Source: a virus (lineage: Duplodnaviria > Caudoviricetes). Taken from it: 52,639 bases of DNA. The DNA lies in IMG/VR virus record IMGVR_UViG_3300017740_000007, positions 1 to 52,639 of that record. One strand, given 5' to 3'. Below the pieces are notes generated by a model. It made no database searches, was not told the origin of the DNA, and saw only the letters and a program-made list of their open reading frames with translations. Position numbers and translations under genes: made by a program. Positions 45,684-52,639 of the stretch are shown here, piece by piece (positions within the stretch are counted from its first letter, which is position 1; every line of letters begins with the position of its first letter).

Positions 45684-46835
45684 TTACTTTTTATTACTCC
45701 TAATCTTTAAACCCCTACCGTGGTCGGTGTTTATAGATTTTATTTGCATACCTGATTTTGTGCTTCCAACTTCCGGAGCGGTACGAGTAGTCATATTTAC
45801 ATTTTTCAACTTTCTCATTTGCTCATCTGCTGCTGCAGATTTGCCCTGCTCATAAAAGAATTTAGCAAACTTCTCAGGATGCATTGCCATTGCTAGTGAC
45901 CTGTGGTAACCTTCTGCGTTTTTAAGAGAACCATCTGACTCCTGATACTTTTCAATAAAAGTACTAGGATTAGAATGAACTTTTAACAACTCATCTGCAT
46001 CACCGGGTGAAAAGTAAACTTTGTTATCGTCTAGCGTAAACTCAAAACCTTTGAACTCACTGAATACATTGTTTGTTTTTTCTAGATAAACTTCCCTCGC
46101 TCTTGAGTTCCGTTCACCGATTGTCTTCGCTTCAGCTATATATTGCTTATATGCCTTGTATTCGTCTGTTTCAGATTCAGGAATAGAATCCCTTTTCGAC
46201 TCGAGAGGGACCTTATATAACTCCTGTTGCTTGACAAAAAAATCTTTGGCTTTAGCAATAGTTTTTTTCTTTGCTAATTTAATTTTTCTAATTTGCTTTT
46301 CATCATCAACATCTTCATCGTATTGATAATCTTCCATAAGTTCTGTGATGTCTTCAGCATCAAGACCTTTTTCAGTTGCAGTTAGATATTCTCTTAGCAA
46401 TCTATCGGGTTCCATTTCATCATAGTTCTTTTGCATTTTTGCAAAGTCCTCGAATCCACGACCCGTTTCTTTTTTGTATTTAAGATACTTAGCTACATCT
46501 TCAGGAAGAGGTTTCTCCTCTCTCTGTTGATTTAACTCGTCAAGAGATTTATACTCTTTACCGTATCTATTTCCAATATATTTAAGAACGTCATCCTCAC
46601 TTAACTCTGAGGATTGAGTTTTAATTTCTTCTTGTGGAACTTGCTTCTTCTCAGCTTCAGGTTCCGGTTTTTTTTCTTCTGTTGTAGTTTCTACTTTAGT
46701 AGACTCAACAACCTTATCTTCTGCTACAGGAGGTTGTCCTGTTGTTGACTCCTGATGTTTGTCTAACAATTCTTGTTCAACTTGTTGTACAGACTTTTCT
46801 TCAGTCGCTCCGACTTCTTTTACTTTTATTTCCAT
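45684..46835 (-). CDS. Scaffolding protein
   Basis: Acidic low-complexity N-terminus; FYEQGK; between portal and capsid; promoter box at 46859-46866. Confidence 0.7.
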   Translation of the reverse strand: MEIKVKEVGATEEKSVQQVEQELLDKHQESTTGQPPVAEDKVVESTKVETTTEEKKPEPEAEKKQVPQEEIKTQSSELSEDDVLKYIGNRYGKEYKSLDELNQQREEKPLPEDVAKYLKYKKETGRGFEDFAKMQKNYDEMEPDRLLREYLTATEKGLDAEDITELMEDYQYDEDVDDEKQIRKIKLAKKKTIAKAKDFFVKQQELYKVPLESKRDSIPESETDEYKAYKQYIAEAKTIGERNSRAREVYLEKTNNVFSEFKGFEFTLDDNKVYFSPGDADELLKVHSNPSTFIEKYQESDGSLKNAEGYHRSLAMAMHPEKFAKFFYEQGKSAAADEQMRKLKNVNMTTRTAPEVGSTKSGMQIKSINTDHGRGLKIRSNKK

Positions 46836-46894
46836 ATTTTATTAAATTTAATTTTATACAAAGTTACACAAAAAATAATATACTTTTAGACAAC

Positions 46895-49330
46895 TTATCT
46901 CGGGTTGAACTCAGCTAAATCAAAGCCATCCAAACTATCTTCATTAGATTCAAAATTCATTGGTGGAAGATTGTTCTTACGTTGATTGATTAATTTAGAT
47001 TGTTCAGAATTAGCTTGAGATATACGTTCAGACTTTGCTTTTTCTCTTTGGTCTTCTCTAGACTGTAAGCCTTGAGCATCCATCTGTCTTAATTGCATAT
47101 TTATTGCAAACTCTTCTTGCATTAATTGTGACTTCAACATTGCTTCTTGTTTCATTTTTTCTATTTCAAAAGCAATATCTCCTTGTCTAAATTGTAATTT
47201 AGCTTGAGTTTCCATTTGCAACTTTTGCTGATTAGCTTGTATAGTCATTTCTTGTTGCTTAATCATTTGTTGAGATTTCATAGCTTGTTGTTGCATAGCC
47301 ATCTTCTCTTCTCTTTCTTGCTTAGAAATACGCTTCATTTTCAAAAGCTGATTAGCAAGTTTCATATTTTTTATTTCACGAATATCAATTGCATCTTCAA
47401 GATTAATATCTCCTTTAGATAAAGCCATTTGAATATTTTGTTCTAATTGTGCTTTTTGTTCTTCATCAGGTGATAGTTCAATAAATATTCCAAAATCATA
47501 AATATATAAGTCAGAGATATCTCCAAGTATAGATACGTTGTATTTACCTATTTGATTTATAAACTCTTCTTTAAAGTCAGCATACTGTAAAATATCTGCT
47601 ACTCTATAAGTTATAGCTTCAGATAAACTTTTATAAATATATAAACCTGCTTGTAGTATATGTCTTGTAGCTACATTAGAATTTAATGCCGCCATTTTTT
47701 GTAATCCAACTAAAGAGTTTGAATCAGGCATACTCGCATCTCTTGCCTCATTAAGACCTGTTACAGTTCTAATTTGGTTTAAATAATGATTATAATTAGT
47801 TATAAGCATTTGTGTTTTAGATGCTCCTGAATTTGAAGTCAATTCTTTAATAGGAACTTTACCTTGGTTATAATCACCATCTTGAGTATAACTTCTACCT
47901 ATTACACTACCTGTTTGAAAATATAATCTTAAAGCATCTTCAGGATTATATGCGTTTCCGTTTCCTAAATCAACTTCACCCAATCCATCGGCATCAATAA
48001 ATACACCATCAGGCACAACTCTAGATATAACTTGTTGTAGTTTTAAATGTGTGATTTGAATCAAGTCTGCAAAAGGAACCATACGTCTAACTAAAGACTC
48101 AATTACTCCTTTGTACATTCTTGGTGCATTAGCTACATAATTAGGTATAGCGTGTTGTGTTGCAGATTGTGGTCTAACCATATTCTCCATTAGCTTCCAC
48201 TGTAAAAGAATATTAGTTCCCATAACCATAACACCTTCATACCATACATCAATAGTTTTTGACTCTTTTGTAAAGTTACCTTCATCCATCATTTCATCAG
48301 GTGGATTGAAATTATCATCTTTTTCAATCATACTTACATTACCATTATCTTTTACTTTTCTTTTATAAACAACTTTTTTTGTTGTTTTATAATTAAAGTA
48401 CATAACGGTTGCAGTATCTTTATAAAAGATATCGTTTTGATATGCTTGTGCATTATTATAATAATCATACCAACTCTGAGAATATTGAGATATCTCATCT
48501 AAATCTTCATTAGTTAAAGTTGGGTCAATCTTTTTTAATTCTATAATAGGAAGAGTTTTAATCTCACCCCAATAAAAACAATCTCTAAAGTAAGGGTCTT
48601 CAGTATAACTATATACTATATTAGCAGGGTCTACATAACTAATCTTTACTCCATCTCCGGGTAAAAACTCGTGCTTCGCAACTGCTAAACCTAGAACAGT
48701 CATATCATAATCTAACCTCTTTCTTGTGTCATCATATTTATTAGCTTCAAACAAAGTACTAATTGCTTCTTCTTCAGCTATTTCTATTGCAGGTTTATAA
48801 TTTAATTGCATATACAACTTCAACTCTTCATCAGAATTCGGAAGTTCTTCAGGCTCTACTGTAAAAGGATTTGCTCCGGTTTTCTTTTGTATAGTTTCAA
48901 GCATAGGTTTTGCGACCATTTGTCCCTCAACCATCTGTTGGTACTTGCTTCTTTTAGATTGTGATAATGCATCTTGAGCAAAAGCTTTAGGTACAAATTC
49001 TCTGCTCTGCATTCCGTTTACTACAATATCAACAAACTTAGGCAATACAGGTACAGGTGTCCAATCTAAATTTAGATAAGACAAATCACCATCTATTGCT
49101 AATTCATTTTTGTATTTAGCTACTGACTGTTCTCCTCTTGCGTATAATCTGAGTCTATGGAAGTCTCTCCATTGATTATAATACCTACAACTATTTCCGT
49201 CTCTTTTAAACCATTCGTACTGAATAGCTTGTCCGATTTGTAAACCAAATTCGTCAGTAGCTTTTTCTGAATCTGAAACAAATTGACTAGGAAATCCTGT
49301 AGATGATATGTTAATGTCTACTTTCTTCAT
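46895..49330 (-). CDS. Portal protein
   Basis: 811 aa after the terminase; LRLYARGEQS, PKFVDIVVNG, TGLNEAR; Gln-rich coiled-coil tail. Confidence 0.85.
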   Translation of the reverse strand: MKKVDINISSTGFPSQFVSDSEKATDEFGLQIGQAIQYEWFKRDGNSCRYYNQWRDFHRLRLYARGEQSVAKYKNELAIDGDLSYLNLDWTPVPVLPKFVDIVVNGMQSREFVPKAFAQDALSQSKRSKYQQMVEGQMVAKPMLETIQKKTGANPFTVEPEELPNSDEELKLYMQLNYKPAIEIAEEEAISTLFEANKYDDTRKRLDYDMTVLGLAVAKHEFLPGDGVKISYVDPANIVYSYTEDPYFRDCFYWGEIKTLPIIELKKIDPTLTNEDLDEISQYSQSWYDYYNNAQAYQNDIFYKDTATVMYFNYKTTKKVVYKRKVKDNGNVSMIEKDDNFNPPDEMMDEGNFTKESKTIDVWYEGVMVMGTNILLQWKLMENMVRPQSATQHAIPNYVANAPRMYKGVIESLVRRMVPFADLIQITHLKLQQVISRVVPDGVFIDADGLGEVDLGNGNAYNPEDALRLYFQTGSVIGRSYTQDGDYNQGKVPIKELTSNSGASKTQMLITNYNHYLNQIRTVTGLNEARDASMPDSNSLVGLQKMAALNSNVATRHILQAGLYIYKSLSEAITYRVADILQYADFKEEFINQIGKYNVSILGDISDLYIYDFGIFIELSPDEEQKAQLEQNIQMALSKGDINLEDAIDIREIKNMKLANQLLKMKRISKQEREEKMAMQQQAMKSQQMIKQQEMTIQANQQKLQMETQAKLQFRQGDIAFEIEKMKQEAMLKSQLMQEEFAINMQLRQMDAQGLQSREDQREKAKSERISQANSEQSKLINQRKNNLPPMNFESNEDSLDGFDLAEFNPR

Positions 49331-51555
49331 CTAATAATTTCGCTTATTGTACCTTTATTACTATACCTTGCAAAGTTAACCTTTATTTTTGAAACTTTTT
49401 GCTGAGGTATATATAGGTGTTTCTGACAAGCCATAATCGCTAACCCCGAGGAAATACTAGCATCAAACTTAGTTCTATTACTTATGTCAAATTTTGCCCA
49501 ATCTTCTAAAGTTCTTGTAAAAATGCAATCACCCATTTCATTATTTTCTTTCATTCCTATGTTTGCATCTATGTAAGATTCTATTGCAGAAGCGTGTGCT
49601 TGTTTTACTGCTTCACTTGAATTAGGAATACCACCTAATTCTTTTTCAGTCTTTGATAATTTATTATAGTGTTTGTCAGGTCTATTTAAACAAAAATTTC
49701 TATATCCTCTATTTTTAAAATGATATAGCAATCTAGGTTTATTATTCTCTATAAGTATTGGCATACCATAAAACACACAAGCTTTTAATACATCTTCAAA
49801 AAATATTTCTGCCGTTTGAGGTCTAGCAACATATTCTAAAAAAAACTCATTACTTGGAGCATCATCCATATTAAACATAGTTAAACCGTGCAAGGCTCCA
49901 TTAGAACCTCCACCACCTACAGTTCCTGATATATCATAACTATCACATCCGAATGCACCTATATGTTTATTGCCCGGTGTTTTTTTACCATTAATACTTT
50001 CTACTCTGTTTTGTAGATTTTTTGATGGAGTCCAAGATACATAAAACCTACCTCTTTGATTTGGAGTAAACTCAACCTTAGAATCTTTTATTCCATTTTT
50101 CCAAACTAAATCTCCTCTTGTTAAATGATGGTCTATTATTAAAGAATCATTGTAATCTATTTGCTGATATATTTTGGTAAGATTAAATATAGATTGCTTA
50201 CTCTCATCTCTAAATGCGTGTGATTCACTTCTAGGAAATTGTCTATAAAATTCATTTAATGCATCAGGGTCTTTCTTTAATGAATCCACTTCATTATCCC
50301 AATAGTCTACTGCTCCTTGATATATTGTTTCTCCATCAATTCCTTCAACACCTTGTTCGGGATTTTTAAAAACAGGCATTCCATACCTATCTATAAACCC
50401 CTCCATATTCCATTCCATAGGGATGAAAAGTGAATACATACCGCTTTTGGTTTGACCATTGGCATTTCTGTTTAATACATTAGAATTATTGTATAAATTT
50501 TTAAAGTTGTCACCACCCTTATCTAAAGCATTTGATGTAGAACCCATCATACATTTACCAATAATTTTACTACCAAGACGTAGACAGGTTTTAGTTACTC
50601 TCCAATTATTTAAAATATTATTAGGCTTTATCCATTTACCACTTTCATCGTGAACTAATAGTAAAAGTTTTTCACCATCGTAAGAGTTGTCATCTGTGTT
50701 CTTCCAATCTATTGTAGTATCTAATCCATACAACTCATCATTGGTTGTATCGTACATATTTTTTTTAGTTATCTTTGCAGCCGGAATTCTAAAAGCTAGT
50801 TCTGTTTTAGGTTTATCCATACCATCCATAATAGGTTTAAAGAAAAATGGTAGTCTACTATTTATTGGAACAACCTTATCTGTAAACATTTTTTTTGCAT
50901 CAGAACCTGTCTTAGACAGTATACCAACTCTAGAATCTTTAGCTAGAGTTCCGGTATTTACACATTCAGAAGATGACATAAAAGAAAATCCTGAACGTCT
51001 TATCTTTAAATAAATCATTCCGAAACTTCTTGTGTCAGCTTTACAAGCTTCCCAAAAAATAAACAATAATCTATTAGCTTCTCTAAAATCAGGATAACCA
51101 ACATCAATAGATGTCCACTGTAAATACATATAATGTGCTCCTGTTATATAGGTAGGAATACCGTTTGACATATACCATAAACCTTGTTCTCTTCTATCAA
51201 ACTCTTCCTCTATATAATCAACCCACCTATCTTTAAACTCTGAGGACATTTCATTCCACTGAAATATTGATTGAATCTTTGATAAAGCTTTAGGCAGTTC
51301 TTGTCTTTCCCAATACTGTTCTTCTTTTTTTGAGTGTCTTTGAAGACACTTTTTTGGTTCTAATGGAAGTGCTATACTTAGTCCTTGAATAGAAATTATG
51401 TTTCCTATTTGTCCGCTTTTAGAAATGACAATAAAATCATATTTAGAATTGTATCCATATTTCCACGTTTTAGCCTTGTTCTTAGACGTTAAAACATTTT
51501 TAGGTACAATACCTTCAAGTACTTTATATAATTTATTTAGACCTTCTTTCTGCAA
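49327..51555 (-). CDS. terL: Terminase large subunit
   Basis: LKIRRSGFS, HDESGKW, GSTSN, FGCDSYD, IENNK. Confidence 0.88.
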   Translation of the reverse strand: MQKEGLNKLYKVLEGIVPKNVLTSKNKAKTWKYGYNSKYDFIVISKSGQIGNIISIQGLSIALPLEPKKCLQRHSKKEEQYWERQELPKALSKIQSIFQWNEMSSEFKDRWVDYIEEEFDRREQGLWYMSNGIPTYITGAHYMYLQWTSIDVGYPDFREANRLLFIFWEACKADTRSFGMIYLKIRRSGFSFMSSSECVNTGTLAKDSRVGILSKTGSDAKKMFTDKVVPINSRLPFFFKPIMDGMDKPKTELAFRIPAAKITKKNMYDTTNDELYGLDTTIDWKNTDDNSYDGEKLLLLVHDESGKWIKPNNILNNWRVTKTCLRLGSKIIGKCMMGSTSNALDKGGDNFKNLYNNSNVLNRNANGQTKSGMYSLFIPMEWNMEGFIDRYGMPVFKNPEQGVEGIDGETIYQGAVDYWDNEVDSLKKDPDALNEFYRQFPRSESHAFRDESKQSIFNLTKIYQQIDYNDSLIIDHHLTRGDLVWKNGIKDSKVEFTPNQRGRFYVSWTPSKNLQNRVESINGKKTPGNKHIGAFGCDSYDISGTVGGGGSNGALHGLTMFNMDDAPSNEFFLEYVARPQTAEIFFEDVLKACVFYGMPILIENNKPRLLYHFKNRGYRNFCLNRPDKHYNKLSKTEKELGGIPNSSEAVKQAHASAIESYIDANIGMKENNEMGDCIFTRTLEDWAKFDISNRTKFDASISSGLAIMACQKHLYIPQQKVSKIKVNFARYSNKGTISEIIR
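51334..51349. repeat. 16-bp palindrome copy 11 (inside terminase, CLQRH)
   Basis: GTGTCTTTGAAGACAC. Confidence 0.95.
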
Positions 51556-51814
51556 ATCCTTGTTTTGTATCTGTTTTTTTGGCTCCCCTTTCTAATGACT
51601 CAATAGCTTCCTTCTCCGATTCTATTCTATTTAATATTTCAAAAGCATCAAAGATTGCTAACTTTTTTGTAGCTGCTGCATTTTTTAATCTATCAGCAGA
51701 TAAGTCATCTTCAGGGTCGTGTTTAATAATTGCTTCCTTCGCCACCTTTATCAGTTGTTCCACTGCCCTGTGACCTGCTTCTATTATTTTTAATTTTATT
51801 TCTTTTGATTTCAT
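51533..51814 (-). CDS. Probable terminase small subunit
   Basis: Small helical protein immediately upstream of terL. Confidence 0.5.
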   Translation of the reverse strand: MKSKEIKLKIIEAGHRAVEQLIKVAKEAIIKHDPEDDLSADRLKNAAATKKLAIFDAFEILNRIESEKEAIESLERGAKKTDTKQGFAERRSK

Positions 51815-51916
51815 TTTTAAATCTTTTCTTTTTTCTTATTGGAATAGGTGAGCCATCGTGCTCATTCCATTCGTCTTCCCAAAAAATATAACTCATATGT
51901 AATAAAGATATAGTTC

Positions 51917-52480
51917 TCAAAGTATCATTGTTATTTGATGGTCAAACATTCTGTATAGTTTTTCTCCATCAATATTAAACTCATATTCACTTTCAGGTTT
52001 GTAACACACTTTAACTCCTTTTGTAACCCCTTTAGATTTTAAATATTCATTAGGATATTTTACAATTCCAATTAAAGGTTCTTCGCTTAATGGTTTATAA
52101 ATATAAGAATCTTCTACCGGTGCAGGTTTAATAAAACAATATCTATCTATTGCATTCCACTCTACACCATTATGATATGCATAGTATTGTTCTTCATCTA
52201 TAAAAAATAAATCATCTTTAAAATAACTTTTGCCACTTTGAACTTTTCCCTGCATATCATTATAATATTTAAAAACATTATGATGTACAAGTAATTTATC
52301 TCCTTTCTCTATAGGTCCATTATAATCAAGAGGAAGTTCTATAACCTCAGCTTGTCTATTAGAAAACCTATGGTCCTCCTGTGACGTACTGATTATAAAA
52401 TCAATATTCCCGTAAGTCTTTGTGTTATCGTATCTTTTACCCTTTAAAGGCTTTACAATAAAAGAAGTTGGTGAATTCAT
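51917..52480 (-). CDS. Tandem GroES-like protein
   Basis: FIVKP...AEVIELP...IEKGDKLLVH and FIKP...GIVKY...GVKVCY...IDGEKLYRM. Confidence 0.6.
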   Translation of the reverse strand: MNSPTSFIVKPLKGKRYDNTKTYGNIDFIISTSQEDHRFSNRQAEVIELPLDYNGPIEKGDKLLVHHNVFKYYNDMQGKVQSGKSYFKDDLFFIDEEQYYAYHNGVEWNAIDRYCFIKPAPVEDSYIYKPLSEEPLIGIVKYPNEYLKSKGVTKGVKVCYKPESEYEFNIDGEKLYRMFDHQITMIL

Positions 52481-52488
52481 AATTTAAT

Positions 52489-52639
52489 TTATGAGCCACA
52501 ACCAAAACAATCTATGTGTGAATCAGTTGGCTTGACTCCATTTAATTTCATTTTAATATTATGGATTTTATCTGCAAGTTCCATTTCTTGCTCGAATGTT
52601 AGATTGGGTTGCTTCTTTTGTTCTGTATAAATTTCAAGT
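52489..52639 (-). CDS. 3' part of a small protein ending IDCFGCGS
   Basis: Open frame from the window edge to TAA at 52489-52491. Confidence 0.55.
   Translation of the reverse strand, partial: LEIYTEQKKQPNLTFEQEMELADKIHNIKMKLNGVKPTDSHIDCFGCGS

Overview
This window is most of the genome of an AT-rich tailed dsDNA phage, probably podovirus-like. The host is probably Bacteroidota (Flavobacteriia-type), inferred from TAnnTTTG promoters and A-rich leaders without Shine-Dalgarno sites. Minus strand 1-6463: lysis genes, a chain of small basic ORFs and phage groES/groEL, plus a plus-strand wHTH regulator and tRNA-Arg(UCU). A non-coding strand switch lies at about 6490-7000. Plus strand 7010-22735: early and replication genes (amidoligase, lysozyme-like protein, GATase-II/GGCT fusion, Sak-like recombinase, RecE-like exonuclease, SSB, primase-helicase, SNF2 helicase, VRR-NUC). 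Minus strand 22859-52639: virion module (GroES-like protein, terminase, portal, scaffold, major capsid, tail and ejection proteins, a 2639-aa giant protein). No DNA polymerase or integrase was recognised. Main non-coding signals: (1) a 16-bp palindrome GTGTCTTYRAAGACAC in 11 copies, between genes and inside CDSs in different frames, spaced about 0.9 kb apart at the start of the early region; (2) a complete type III hammerhead ribozyme at 8674-8724, abutting one of these palindromes directly after the amidoligase gene; (3) two mutually similar AT-rich origin-like loci with IHF-type boxes; (4) apparent strong avoidance of GATC and CCAG/CTGG. All protein calls come from motif recognition by eye; no searches were run.
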